A DNA stretch of 64,000 bases from a virus. Its lineage: Duplodnaviria; Caudoviricetes. Both the position numbers and the translations under genes were made by a program. The DNA lies in the IMG/VR virus record IMGVR_UViG_3300006133_000005, positions 1-64,000 of that record; one strand, written 5' to 3'. The notes under the pieces were generated by a model, which had not been told where the DNA came from, made no database searches, and was given only the letters and a program-made list of their open reading frames with translations. Positions 35,169 through 46,036 of the stretch are shown piece after piece (position 1 is the stretch's first letter; the number at the start of each line of letters is the position of its first letter).

Positions 35169-36728
35169 TTACTTTTTAAACCCTTTTGAAAAGAGTTTCC
35201 CCTTAAGTGTTTTACCTCCGTCAAGTTTCAACAATAAATAGCGTTTATCTCTTGTTTCACCATGTCTTAAAAGCTGAAAACACTGTGAATACCTATAGTC
35301 ATAAAGTTTAGCTTTTGATAACTTACAACTGGGTTTGATTCTTCTTATTCTGCCTACAGCTTGCTCAACATTTTTACCATTATTTATAGAAGAAACAAGA
35401 AAACCTACTTCCCACTGTTTAACATTAGTACCCTCAGTAGCTTTTGAATAAGTGGCAAGAGTAATGTATTGTCTTTTAGTCTCCGCAGTCTCTTTAACAA
35501 GGTCACATTCTTTATTATTACCATAATAAAGACCTATATCATCAGGACTCACACCTAAATCAAGGAGTTTACTATAATACAACTCTATATGTTCCTTTTG
35601 TGTAAAAAAAGCAATACAGCTATGACCATGTCCATGTTCAGACACAATATCTTTGCACACCATATTCAATGTAATATCATCACCCACAACAACCTTATCT
35701 AAGTCCATGTGTGAAATACTGGGTCTTGAATCAAAGGGTATATCAGTTATTCTTCTTTCTTTAGGACTTAAAGCATAGGAACACTGATAATTTCCCGCAT
35801 AATTTAAATTTTTAAGAACGTACTTATTTGCCCTTTGGGTCACTATGGGATTAAAATAAACGGGTACTTCTCTCCTAATCACATCAACAGGAAGTATATC
35901 TTCATCATCTTTTCTGTGACCGTACTCAAAACAGAAATCACCATAGTATAAATTCATGACATGAGCAAGTCCATCACTTCTTTCGGGTGTTGCAGTAAGT
36001 CCTAAACGGTATCTACTCATAAAGTTGTCCGCAAGAGAGAATGAACTACTTGGACAGTGATGCATTTCGTCCTGTATAACAAGCCCAAAAGTCTGATAAA
36101 GCTGTTCTAAGGTATTTTTATCAAGATTATTTAGCGTTTGTATAGTAGCAATAGTAAAATGTCTTCCACACTTTCTTTTCTGTCCTTGGATATAACCTAC
36201 ATCAGCTTTGTCACCAAAAGCTTCTGTTATGTCTTTTTTCCAACCTGTAACAAGGTCTATCTTATGAACTATAATTAAAGTCCTACACTTATAGTGCTCT
36301 GCAATAGCAAGACCTAAAACTGTCTTACCTTTACCAGTGGGCATTTGTACACTACCCGAAACACCTAAGTTATAGTCATTGCATTCAATAAACTTATTAA
36401 GTGCTTCCTGCTGTGTGGTTCTTAAAGTCATTAAAAATTTAGGGAAGTCCTTTTGTACTCTTGCAAATCTGTGGTCTTCTACATTTCTGACCTCTATACT
36501 ATCAGGAAGTTTGTAACCTATAGGTACTTGCATAGCAATACTTCCGTCTTTTTGAAAGTAATTAAAGTACTCTATATACTTTGGTTCTCTTGTACTTCCC
36601 CACTTAGAGTATTTTTTTATTTGTTCATACTTAGGATTACTATATGTCAAGTCCTTTTCAATTAATTCACGCTCTTTAAGAGTAAGACCTAATAAATACA
36701 TCTGACCTCTAATATCTATATCTATCAA
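35169..36728 (-). CDS. SF2 DEAD/DEAH helicase (UvsW/D10-like)
   Basis: PTGKGKT, DEMHH, GLTATPERSDG, QAVGRIRR. Confidence 0.92.
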   Translation of the reverse strand: MIDIDIRGQMYLLGLTLKERELIEKDLTYSNPKYEQIKKYSKWGSTREPKYIEYFNYFQKDGSIAMQVPIGYKLPDSIEVRNVEDHRFARVQKDFPKFLMTLRTTQQEALNKFIECNDYNLGVSGSVQMPTGKGKTVLGLAIAEHYKCRTLIIVHKIDLVTGWKKDITEAFGDKADVGYIQGQKRKCGRHFTIATIQTLNNLDKNTLEQLYQTFGLVIQDEMHHCPSSSFSLADNFMSRYRLGLTATPERSDGLAHVMNLYYGDFCFEYGHRKDDEDILPVDVIRREVPVYFNPIVTQRANKYVLKNLNYAGNYQCSYALSPKERRITDIPFDSRPSISHMDLDKVVVGDDITLNMVCKDIVSEHGHGHSCIAFFTQKEHIELYYSKLLDLGVSPDDIGLYYGNNKECDLVKETAETKRQYITLATYSKATEGTNVKQWEVGFLVSSINNGKNVEQAVGRIRRIKPSCKLSKAKLYDYRYSQCFQLLRHGETRDKRYLLLKLDGGKTLKGKLFSKGFKK

Positions 36729-36766
36729 TTACATTCACCGTCTTTCAGTAATTTTAAAACAACATA

Positions 36767-36795
36767 ATTATAACACAAGTTCAAGAATACGTCAA
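36767..36795 (-). promoter_or_regulatory. Sigma-A promoter
   Basis: TTGACG-17bp-TATAAT with TG extension. Confidence 0.85.
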
Positions 36796-36803
36796 ATAAA
36801 TAA

Positions 36804-36830
36804 GCGGACAGCCTTTTATTGACTGTCCGC
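36804..36830 (-). terminator. Terminator of the lysis operon
   Basis: gcggacag / ctgtccgc stem. Confidence 0.7.
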
Positions 36831-36834
36831 ATAA

Positions 36835-36958
36835 CGTAGATAATAATAAATATAATTATATACCTAATTTAATTACATAGATAATTATTATAATATATAT
36901 AAATAATATTATTATAATATTATCCCTACGGGATAATGCCATTCGCTTCGCTCATACA
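36835..36958. repeat. AT-rich element with CCC-nnn-GGG hairpin, copy 2
   Basis: tataatatatata tract plus attatccc-tac-gggataat; resembles 6965-7055. Confidence 0.55.
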
Positions 36959-36959
36959 T

Positions 36960-37274
36960 TCACTTTCGCATAAAACGGTCTTTTAATTCTTTAAACTCAC
37001 TCCAACCGTATGTTGCTATAAAGGCTACAATAAAGCCTATAGCAATACTTCCGAGTACTATGTACAACTTTATTTCTACCGATTTGTAAGACAGATAACA
37101 CAGTATAGCTGTAACTGTTACAGCAACCGAAAGAATAAGAACGTAGAGTTTAGTCGGTACAGTCTTCGGAACAAACTCCTTAGTAAGCTGTGTTACAATT
37201 GCAATAAAAAATGCAAGAACACCTACGATTGATACAAGAGTGACTCCACCACTCAACATTGTTTCTAAGTTCAT
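36960..37274 (-). CDS. Holin-like membrane protein
   Basis: Three hydrophobic segments, charged C-terminus, next to the endolysin. Confidence 0.7.
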   Translation of the reverse strand: MNLETMLSGGVTLVSIVGVLAFFIAIVTQLTKEFVPKTVPTKLYVLILSVAVTVTAILCYLSYKSVEIKLYIVLGSIAIGFIVAFIATYGWSEFKELKDRFMRK

Positions 37275-37427
37275 AAATAAACCTCCTTGTCTTATTTATC
37301 ATTAAATTAGGTTTGAAAGTGACTTTTAAAATGAGCTGTAATGTCTTTATTAGCTATTTTAAGGGACTTCCAAACACTAACTAATGAAAATTACTCTTAT
37401 TAATTAAACACCGTCTCAAAAGGTCAT

Positions 37428-38684
37428 TTAAAGCTTTTCTATTTTCATAAAAGGCTTTCCGTCTTTAAGGACTGTATACACGTCCTTTTCTTCTGTTTCG
37501 GGAGGGGTTACGGGTTTGTTGTCGGACTCCCCTTGTTTCTTAATTCCATAGTATGTATAGAAGTCATTGGTAACTGTGTTGTTATTTACAACTTCATTAC
37601 CATACCACTTAGAACCACTGCGAACATCAAGGTGAATTGCTTGATAGTCTGATGTGATATTAGCAATACCTGAGAAACCTAAATCCTGAGCAACACAAGA
37701 GACTATCTTAGAGCTGATAATGCTCCCGTCTTTTGCATAACATACAACATCAGCGGCAGTACCTTTAGTGTGCTGACCAGAACCATTTCCACCAACATTT
37801 TTATCATGTGTAGAACAACGATAACCACTGTTTACAATGATTTTTGAGCAGTCAAGCTTTTTAAACAGTTTTTCAAGCATTTCAATAAGTTTTTTACTGA
37901 TAAGAGTATTGTGAGAACCACCACACTTACACTTAAATTCAGAAACATTAAAATGCTCAGTAAGCTGTGTTTTATCCTTGCTACTGTAGGTCACAACGTC
38001 CGTGTTTTCAACTGGCTTAGTTGGTGTATTAGTGACAAAGTTAAGTCCTGATTTCTTAACAAGTGAGGGATAGTCAATATAACAGTAGTCTACATCACAC
38101 TGACCACTAACACCTTTAATAGACTTAACATTCTTAGTGTCCCAGTTAGGGTGTCCTGCAATCCCATACTGCCAAATACCATACTGACCTGTGTATGTAC
38201 ATTTGGAGCTATACTGTGCAACCCATATTGCATATCTGTCACGAACCTCATTAGAAACGTAATCGAGAAGATAACTGGTACTCATGTAAAGACCTACCCA
38301 ATATCCTGCTTTTTCTACTGTCTCTAAAAAGGCTTTTACAATAGCAGTGACTTTTGTCTTTCCAAGGTTAAACTGTTTTGTTTCTTCAACGTCATAATAA
38401 ACAGGAAACTCAAATGACTTACCCTTAACTGTCGAAAGAAACGTGTTAGCTTCAATGACCGCTTCTTCTGGTGACATAGCATAACTGTACCAATAAGCAC
38501 CGCATGGAATGGTATTTGACTTACAACCTGAGTAGTTGCTTTCAAACTGCACGTCTTTTTGTGACAGCTCACGTCCATAACCTGCACGAATAAGAGCGAA
38601 CTGTACACCACTGTTTTTAACTTGTGACCAGTCTACTCTACCCTGTGCATAACTTACGTCAATTCCTTTCATTAAAGTACTCAT
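37428..38684 (-). CDS. Endolysin: GH25 muramidase plus peptidase M15-like domain
   Basis: GIDVS...YDVEE...IWQY (GH25); FKCKCG...SGYRC...SGQH...AAD...IHLDVR (M15). Confidence 0.92.
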   Translation of the reverse strand: MSTLMKGIDVSYAQGRVDWSQVKNSGVQFALIRAGYGRELSQKDVQFESNYSGCKSNTIPCGAYWYSYAMSPEEAVIEANTFLSTVKGKSFEFPVYYDVEETKQFNLGKTKVTAIVKAFLETVEKAGYWVGLYMSTSYLLDYVSNEVRDRYAIWVAQYSSKCTYTGQYGIWQYGIAGHPNWDTKNVKSIKGVSGQCDVDYCYIDYPSLVKKSGLNFVTNTPTKPVENTDVVTYSSKDKTQLTEHFNVSEFKCKCGGSHNTLISKKLIEMLEKLFKKLDCSKIIVNSGYRCSTHDKNVGGNGSGQHTKGTAADVVCYAKDGSIISSKIVSCVAQDLGFSGIANITSDYQAIHLDVRSGSKWYGNEVVNNNTVTNDFYTYYGIKKQGESDNKPVTPPETEEKDVYTVLKDGKPFMKIEKL

Positions 38685-38762
38685 AGTAATTTACCTCCTT
38701 GAGTCTTTTATTGTTTATGTACTTCACTACCTGACTGTGCAGGGAGTGTTAGTATCATAAAT

Positions 38763-39077
38763 TTAAATTATTTTCAACCCTTTACAGCGTTCAAACAGTT
38801 CTGTTCCAGTACCGTTACCACCTAAAGAGTGATAGCTATTGTAGAGTACCTCTAAGTTATTAAGCTCAGAGATAGTTATTTCACCTTTCTTTATGTACTG
38901 CTCACAATTTTTAAACAGGATGTCATGCAAAATTGCGACCATACCATTTTTAATACTTTTCTGTTCCTGAGACTCTTTTTTAAAGTCTATATACACTTTC
39001 TTTAAGATGAAAACTGCTCCACTTGAAATAGCTGTAAGAATAAACTCTAACCAGTACTGACTAATAAAGCTTAACAT
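38763..39077 (-). CDS. Holin-like single-TM protein
   Basis: N-terminal TM; LYNSYHSLGGNG motif; lysis context. Confidence 0.65.
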   Translation of the reverse strand: MLSFISQYWLEFILTAISSGAVFILKKVYIDFKKESQEQKSIKNGMVAILHDILFKNCEQYIKKGEITISELNNLEVLYNSYHSLGGNGTGTELFERCKGLKII

Positions 39078-39124
39078 TCGGTTTAACCTCCTCTCATTTA
39101 GTAATTACAGTTAGTCTTATAAGC

Positions 39125-42100
39125 TTAATTAAATGTAACTGCTCTGTTTATCCAAACAAGAATATGAGTATCATCAATACGTTTCATAACTCTAAATCCA
39201 GTTTCAGAAGCAGTAGCAATACCACCACTCTTGGGTCTGCAATAGCTATTAGGCTGACAAGTACCATCATCTACAACTACAAGTCTTCCACAGCACGATA
39301 CATAAGACCACTCAGGTCTTTGACTTCTTGGAATGTACTCCTCATTAGGGTCATAGTCGGGATTAATAACAGGTGCTTTTACTGTATGTTCTGGCTCTAT
39401 AATAACCTCTACTTCTCTACCGTCTTCATTGATAGTCTTTTCTGTAACAGCAGGAATTACTTTATCCTCATACAAGATTTCTCCAAACACATCTGTAAGA
39501 TATTTCTTATTCCATGCATCTTCGTAAGCATTACCTACAAATGAAGGACGGGCAGAAACAATTCCGTGTACATACGGTGTATTCCCATCAGCAAGAGTAA
39601 TTTTATCACCAACAAGAGTTACAAAAAGACCTCTTCTGTCTTCATTATTAGTGTTTGCATCCTCCCACTCAAACCATTCTGCTATGTCAGCACCAGTGGT
39701 GTTAATTGTATTATTAGTGTAAATTTGACCTGAGTTATTGATGCTTAAAGCATTTGCTCTTTCAGAGGTAGCTTCACTTGTTCCACAACCTATTACAAAA
39801 AATCTGTCATTAAGATTAGCATTATTGATAAGATTGTATTTACCTAAGAATGTACTTCCGTCCGAAGCAAATGTAACAGGGTTATCCTGACTATAAGTAG
39901 GGAACGAACCAGAGTAATGGGAATGGTCGATTAGTCCCTTTCCTATAAGAGTATTGTTAGTTCCTAAAGAACTATTGTTACTTCCTAACAGTATATTATT
40001 TGTTTGGTTTTTTATAGTATCTTGTGGGTCAGAGGGACTTCCAAAATAATAGCCACAACCATTAGCAAACCCTACAAGAAAATTACTTGCACCTGCAACA
40101 AGATTGTTTCTGCCAAATACCTGACTTTTAGCACTTCTAATGTAATTGTCATTGCCTACTACAGTATTACCCGTAAAAGTCACGCCTGTATTATCGACAG
40201 GAACATTAGTAGCACCACCAAGTCCGTAGTTAGCTCCTACTTGATTATTTGTACCTACAATTAAACTTCCCTCTGCTTGTTTAACAGAGGTAGATTTTCC
40301 TGATACTATACAGCTATCTATATCTTGAACAGTAGTACCCTGTGTACCTAAAACTAAACTGTTTTTAGTTGAGTTTGCGTGAACATTATTTCCTGATACT
40401 ATGTTATTTGAACTCAAAGAAGTAATACTGACCTGGGTACCATTCACTGTATTGTTATCAGAATTGAGTATGCTACAGTTAGTTCCGCTTGCAATACAGT
40501 TATCTGAATCATTAACTGTATTAGTAGTTCCAAAAACACCGCTATACTGTGAGTATCTAACAGCATTACTATCTCCGGATGTAAAGCAAGCAACAGTGTT
40601 ACTAACTGTGTTGTTTTCACCAGATACTAAACTGGTTATATCTGTATCAGCAACATTGTCAGCACCGCATATGAAAGTTCCTGCTGAATTTGAATCTGCT
40701 ATATTATTATTATTAAATACTGCTGTTGCTTGTCCGTGTGCTTTCGATAGGTTTCCTGCGGCAAAAGCATAGTCAGCAAGAGCTTCACTTGCTTGACCTA
40801 TGGCACATGACTGATTACCACTTGCACGAGTATGTGCACCCATAGATACAGCATTTGTTCCAGAAGCTTCCGTAGCATCACCCATTGCAACAGCATTTTC
40901 AGCGTTTGCGACATTGGCAGAGAGATTACCAAATATGAGAGAGTTGGTCCCAGTACCATTTGCAATACCATCTAACTTTAATCCACCATTAATTTCTATA
41001 TCAGAGCCATCTTCATTCTTAAAACCACTTGCATATAAATTTTTTACATGGAGATTACCCTGCCAGTCAAGTGTTAAAATGTTCTTACGGTTTTCGTCAT
41101 TATAACCTCCGCCTACAACAACAGCATATTTATTTTCAGTGTCTTCAGTATTCCACTTACCAAGCGTAACACTTAAGTTGCTTGAAGAAATAAGGTTCTG
41201 CCCTGATGTAAGTGAGATATTACCTTTAACTGTATTGTCATGACCAAACACTACCTGAGAATGTTGATGATTTTCAATACTGTTGTGCTTACCCATTACA
41301 AGAACTGAATTAGTAACTGCTCCAGCAGGGGTGTTAAGACCGTCAACACTATTGTGCTGACCACCAATAAATGAATCATGTATATTACTGATAGTATTAT
41401 CAAAACCAGTAACAACAGAAGAATAGATGCCTGTTATCTCGTTAGCTTCACCAGAAATAACATTGTTACAAGAACGCAACCACTCTCCTGGAATGTTATT
41501 AGGTCGGTAGTCTTTAACATTATTTGTTCTACCTGTAACAACTGAGTTTTCAGTGTGAGAAATTGTGTTAGTGTGACCTGTAACAAAGCTACGTCCAATA
41601 CCATAAGTCTTAGATTTACTTCCCTCAAACATTGGTCTTTCAATTATATTACTTGTTCCTGAGATAATTGATTCGTCTGCCTGTTGTACATCATTGCTAC
41701 TACCTGATATAATACTACTATGGGTATCACAAGCAACATTGCTCTCACCCATTACTGCATTGCTATAGGATTCAAGGTACTCGTCCTTTGTAAGAGTATT
41801 TGATTTTCCTATAACTAAACTTCTTGTTACACTCTTATTGGTTGTGTTGGAATAACCGCTAATAATAGATTCATTAGTGTAGTCAACATTATTCTTCTTT
41901 CCAAAAATAGAAGTTCCGTCTGAATGGTGAACAGAATTTTCACTACCCGAAACAAAAGTAAAGTCACAACCCATAGTTACGTTATTACTGTAACCAATAA
42001 CACAAATGTGCGAATTTGTGTTTATTTCATTGGATTCTCCACCTACAAATGAGTTATGGGATTCAATCAGTCTATTAGAGTTTCCTGATATAAAGCTCGC

Positions 42101-43357
42101 ATTACTGCTAACAGTAGTGTTTGACATACCATATATACTTGAAGAATTACAATCGACAACAATATTTGACTTACCACCTACTGATACATAAGAAGAACTT
42201 GTTACTTTATTTTGAGAACCACTTATATGATTTACATTACCACCATTACAGTCATTTAACTCTCCCTCAATGTGACATAAAGTTCCATTGTTGTTTACAT
42301 TCTTTTTACCCTCAATGTGAGAGCAATAACCAGTTCCTTTATTGTGCGAACCCTCGATATGCTGAGTCCAACCGTCCATAGCTGAATTACGCTCACCCTC
42401 AACATGAGTTCCTCTGTTAGCATTGTGGGACATATCACCCTCAGAATCATCAGAAGAAAATCCTGCATAATTTTCTACACCCTCAACATGACAAGCATCT
42501 GCTGTAGCTAAGTTATGTGCACCCTCAACATGACAAGCAGTACCTGTGGCTATATTGTCAGCATAAGGGTCGTTACCACTTGTATCAGGTGTCTCATAAA
42601 GATTAAATCTTTCAGCAGTTTTATCTCCTGTTACTTCAGAAAGCAAACTATCTTCTCTTGACCAATCCCTGCTGTCGGGGTTATATGCAGGTTGCCATAA
42701 CTTAAAAGTTAATTCACTTGTATTCTGACCTACACCACCTGTCTGGATGCTGTTAATGACATTCCATATTTCGGTTATATCGGTGTCGTGCTCATCTTTA
42801 GTAACATAACCGTCTTTATTAATATTGACCTGGATGCTTGCAACTCCTGAGTGTATAATATATAAATCATAATTAATGATAGTAGGGTTGCTGTCAAAAG
42901 CGGGGAGGAGGTCATAGTCATCCTTTTCTGGTGTTGCCTCAGACTGTGCTACCATGTATGGTACTTCACCTACATCTTCTACCCCCTCTGTAATATCAAT
43001 AAGCTTCATAAACACAATGACCTGTCTTACCTGTACGTCATTACCCTCTGTCACAAGCTCATTAGAGAATCGAACTTTAATAAGACTTGAATCTGCATTT
43101 GATGTATTGCTCTTATCAGGGTCAAGAACACCACCGTCAGGATTAATACCCTCTTTGGGTTTGTAAATGTCACCCCAAATTTTTATTCCGTTAAGTGCTG
43201 TATTTAAGTTTAACTTTCTATTGTTTTCAATAGAATCATAGGTACTACGAACACCAACTCTGGTAACAATCATTTTACCAAGGCCGACTTGTGCTTTTGA
43301 AAGCATAGTAAGTCCTGCATCTGTAAGCACAGCATTATCGGGTTTCCAGTTTGCCAT
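39125..43357 (-). CDS. Tail fibre / receptor-binding protein with beta-repeats and a C-terminal peptidase G2-like chaperone
   Basis: Baseplate-anchor N-terminus, HVEG/SG.xN repeats, GADIAEWFEW...YIPRSQRPEW...GRLVVVDDG. Confidence 0.85.
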   Translation of the reverse strand: MANWKPDNAVLTDAGLTMLSKAQVGLGKMIVTRVGVRSTYDSIENNRKLNLNTALNGIKIWGDIYKPKEGINPDGGVLDPDKSNTSNADSSLIKVRFSNELVTEGNDVQVRQVIVFMKLIDITEGVEDVGEVPYMVAQSEATPEKDDYDLLPAFDSNPTIINYDLYIIHSGVASIQVNINKDGYVTKDEHDTDITEIWNVINSIQTGGVGQNTSELTFKLWQPAYNPDSRDWSREDSLLSEVTGDKTAERFNLYETPDTSGNDPYADNIATGTACHVEGAHNLATADACHVEGVENYAGFSSDDSEGDMSHNANRGTHVEGERNSAMDGWTQHIEGSHNKGTGYCSHIEGKKNVNNNGTLCHIEGELNDCNGGNVNHISGSQNKVTSSSYVSVGGKSNIVVDCNSSSIYGMSNTTVSSNASFISGNSNRLIESHNSFVGGESNEINTNSHICVIGYSNNVTMGCDFTFVSGSENSVHHSDGTSIFGKKNNVDYTNESIISGYSNTTNKSVTRSLVIGKSNTLTKDEYLESYSNAVMGESNVACDTHSSIISGSSNDVQQADESIISGTSNIIERPMFEGSKSKTYGIGRSFVTGHTNTISHTENSVVTGRTNNVKDYRPNNIPGEWLRSCNNVISGEANEITGIYSSVVTGFDNTISNIHDSFIGGQHNSVDGLNTPAGAVTNSVLVMGKHNSIENHQHSQVVFGHDNTVKGNISLTSGQNLISSSNLSVTLGKWNTEDTENKYAVVVGGGYNDENRKNILTLDWQGNLHVKNLYASGFKNEDGSDIEINGGLKLDGIANGTGTNSLIFGNLSANVANAENAVAMGDATEASGTNAVSMGAHTRASGNQSCAIGQASEALADYAFAAGNLSKAHGQATAVFNNNNIADSNSAGTFICGADNVADTDITSLVSGENNTVSNTVACFTSGDSNAVRYSQYSGVFGTTNTVNDSDNCIASGTNCSILNSDNNTVNGTQVSITSLSSNNIVSGNNVHANSTKNSLVLGTQGTTVQDIDSCIVSGKSTSVKQAEGSLIVGTNNQVGANYGLGGATNVPVDNTGVTFTGNTVVGNDNYIRSAKSQVFGRNNLVAGASNFLVGFANGCGYYFGSPSDPQDTIKNQTNNILLGSNNSSLGTNNTLIGKGLIDHSHYSGSFPTYSQDNPVTFASDGSTFLGKYNLINNANLNDRFFVIGCGTSEATSERANALSINNSGQIYTNNTINTTGADIAEWFEWEDANTNNEDRRGLFVTLVGDKITLADGNTPYVHGIVSARPSFVGNAYEDAWNKKYLTDVFGEILYEDKVIPAVTEKTINEDGREVEVIIEPEHTVKAPVINPDYDPNEEYIPRSQRPEWSYVSCCGRLVVVDDGTCQPNSYCRPKSGGIATASETGFRVMKRIDDTHILVWINRAVTFN

Positions 43358-43370
43358 TTAAGTAACCTCC

Positions 43371-44249
43371 TTATACTTTGGGTCGAATTGTTTTTTTAAT
43401 AAATGTACTCTGAGAAATTGCGCTGTTTCTTCTGACTTTAATTGACCTATTTGGATTCACCTTATCTGCACTTCTTATAACCTTATGGGTGTTGCTGACA
43501 ATAAAGTTAGCGTTATATCTTCCAACTCTATCAATATAGCTTATAACAAACACCACAGCAGAAGTGATGTAATAGGGTATCTGTGTATCAATAAACCTTT
43601 TTATAACTTTAGCGCTCATATTAAGGTTTTCAATCTGTTTTTGACTTTCTGCGAGCAGATAAACCCATAAAATTCTCGCTCTTGTGGTTCTGTCCTCATT
43701 AAACACTCTTTCATATTCAATGTCCACTGGCATTTCAGCTAATGTCTTTGCTATATATCTTACAACAGACTCAGTGCCTCTTCTCTTATAAATATCTCCT
43801 ATATTACAAAGAAAAGTCCTAATGTAGTAGTACTCATCTCTATCATCACCTTTAGGTTTAGATATAAGGTCAGGAAACCACTTAATTCCCATACTTTCAC
43901 AATAATACTGCAAAAACTGTGAGGGGCATTTTTCGGGGTCAACTAAGTCAAGAAGATTATCAATACCATATAGCTTAAGTTCATTACTGTTGATAAGGCT
44001 TGCATAACCTCCCTCTAACAATGACTGTAGGTATCTGTACAAAGGCTTTCCTAAAGGCTCGTCAAAAGTTCTGTAGACTTCGGGAAGTTTGTGGTAGTAC
44101 ATAAAATCAGTAAGAGGGCTGTGTTTACCATACCCATCTTTATAGGGTAGCATTTTTGGCTTTGCATCTCTATAGGGAACTAAATACTTTTCAAGTAGTT
44201 CCCTATCAGATTCATTTTCTATATTGTGCCTCCCATACTTTTCTGCCAT
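43371..44249 (-). CDS. Baseplate wedge protein (P2 gpI-like)
   Basis: DLVDPEKCP..FL, YKRRGT; follows baseplate J. Confidence 0.75.
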   Translation of the reverse strand: MAEKYGRHNIENESDRELLEKYLVPYRDAKPKMLPYKDGYGKHSPLTDFMYYHKLPEVYRTFDEPLGKPLYRYLQSLLEGGYASLINSNELKLYGIDNLLDLVDPEKCPSQFLQYYCESMGIKWFPDLISKPKGDDRDEYYYIRTFLCNIGDIYKRRGTESVVRYIAKTLAEMPVDIEYERVFNEDRTTRARILWVYLLAESQKQIENLNMSAKVIKRFIDTQIPYYITSAVVFVISYIDRVGRYNANFIVSNTHKVIRSADKVNPNRSIKVRRNSAISQSTFIKKTIRPKV

Positions 44250-46036
44250 GTTATATCACCTCCACCTACATCAGTATTAGGTGAGGACTTCAAGTCTTGT
44301 TCAAAACCTCCTAATACTATTATAGTACCTATCTTTGGAATAATCAAGTCCTTATTCACATAATCATATGTATTGGTGTGAATTTCCTCATTCTCATCTT
44401 TAGTCTCACCGGAAATATCAAAGCTTAAAAACCGTATTCCCTCAATCCCACTGTTGTCTATGATGTCATATGCAAGGTCTTGAAAGGAAACAATCTGACC
44501 AAAAGGTATGTTACCTATAAAGAAATAGTTCTTTAAATACTTTTCAAGTTCCTCTGCTATAGACTCAGGGTCATAATAACTTCTCGCCATTAAGGTGTAT
44601 TTTAAAGTAATAGGTGCATAGTTAGGATTGAAGAGATATATGTACCTTGTTCCAGATAATTTTCTTCCAGTGTCTAAAGTACCACTTTCAATGTTGGTGT
44701 AACTTACATTAGAGTTGAAAAACTCCACAATGTTATTAAACACTGGTATTTTACTGTAAGTACTGTAATTATGTGGGTCTATTTTAAACTCACTTTCAAA
44801 ATCTTCTGAAACATCTGTACCATCTTTGTCATTAAATAAAGGTTTCTCCTGAGAGTTTCCTGTTAAGCTTAACTGGTACTCTATTTCCGCATTTGTAAGG
44901 AGGTAAATATTTATATCATCAACCTCTGGTAATGTCCAATCCTCAGATGCTTTCTGTGCTTCGGCATCTTTTATGTCAGGGAAGTAAGTCTTAACCACTC
45001 CTGCATAATCATCTGTAGTTAAAGCTCCCCAAATATTTCTGTGGGCAATAGGTGCATTAATCTTTATTTCTTCCAATGTCTCATTGTCATAACCATGTGT
45101 AATTTGTTCAACATTTCTTGTTTCTTTAACATAAGACAAAGCAGTTTCCATGTCTTTTATAGCACCAATACCTACATTACCAGACTCACCACCACCCACA
45201 AAGTAAGAACAAGTAATCGAACCTATAGGTATTTTACCAAAAATACCATTACCAAAAACAACACTTGTTTCATTGTAGTCATTGTTTTCAACCATATACA
45301 CTTTACTGTCAGAGTCTGAACCTGCAAAGGTATTAACTCTCCTCCATGGTTCGAAACCTTTTCCCTCATCAACATATATCTTAAATGTGCTATCTATTAA
45401 AGCCGGAGCATAATTAAGACTGTATGTCTGACTTGGGGTTTCCTGAGTTAGTCCACTTACAAGTATCTCATTATTTACAGGTAACCCATGTATAACGTCT
45501 ACATAACAACGATAATAAGGAGTTACAGAATTTCCTTGTTCATCTTCAGTAATTAGCACACCCTTATAATAAGGGTTTAAGTGGTACTTATCTGCTCTCC
45601 TAAAATTTTCAAATTTCTCATTTGCAACTACAGTAAAGTATACTATGTTTTCTTGAATAGAACTGTATGTCTTTACCTTAGTTCCTACAGGGATAATGAA
45701 CTCTTCCTTATTATCATAGTTGTCTACACTTATAAACTCTTGCTTATAGTGTGCGGCTGTAGCATATCTGGGTGTATACCCTAACATCTTGCAGAATTTA
45801 AGTATATTACTTCTCTGCTCCGCTGTAACAAGAAAACACTCGTTTGCAATACTGTCCAAATAATAAGATAAAATATCAAGGCACATTGCATTAAGTTCCA
45901 AAATGACTACACCAGCATCAGACTGTCTAAGGTCGGTATACTCAGGCATAAGCTCTTTTAGCTTATTTATCATGAGTTGTCTAAATCCCTCATAGTCTCT
46001 TGTGGTATAATCAAGTCCTTTAATTACTTGTCGCAT
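44219..46036 (-). CDS. Baseplate J-like protein
   Basis: DYTTRDYEGFR, DAGVVILE, FGNGIFGKIP, GGGESGN, ALTTDDY. Confidence 0.9.
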   Translation of the reverse strand: MRQVIKGLDYTTRDYEGFRQLMINKLKELMPEYTDLRQSDAGVVILELNAMCLDILSYYLDSIANECFLVTAEQRSNILKFCKMLGYTPRYATAAHYKQEFISVDNYDNKEEFIIPVGTKVKTYSSIQENIVYFTVVANEKFENFRRADKYHLNPYYKGVLITEDEQGNSVTPYYRCYVDVIHGLPVNNEILVSGLTQETPSQTYSLNYAPALIDSTFKIYVDEGKGFEPWRRVNTFAGSDSDSKVYMVENNDYNETSVVFGNGIFGKIPIGSITCSYFVGGGESGNVGIGAIKDMETALSYVKETRNVEQITHGYDNETLEEIKINAPIAHRNIWGALTTDDYAGVVKTYFPDIKDAEAQKASEDWTLPEVDDINIYLLTNAEIEYQLSLTGNSQEKPLFNDKDGTDVSEDFESEFKIDPHNYSTYSKIPVFNNIVEFFNSNVSYTNIESGTLDTGRKLSGTRYIYLFNPNYAPITLKYTLMARSYYDPESIAEELEKYLKNYFFIGNIPFGQIVSFQDLAYDIIDNSGIEGIRFLSFDISGETKDENEEIHTNTYDYVNKDLIIPKIGTIIVLGGFEQDLKSSPNTDVGGGDITWQKSMGGTI

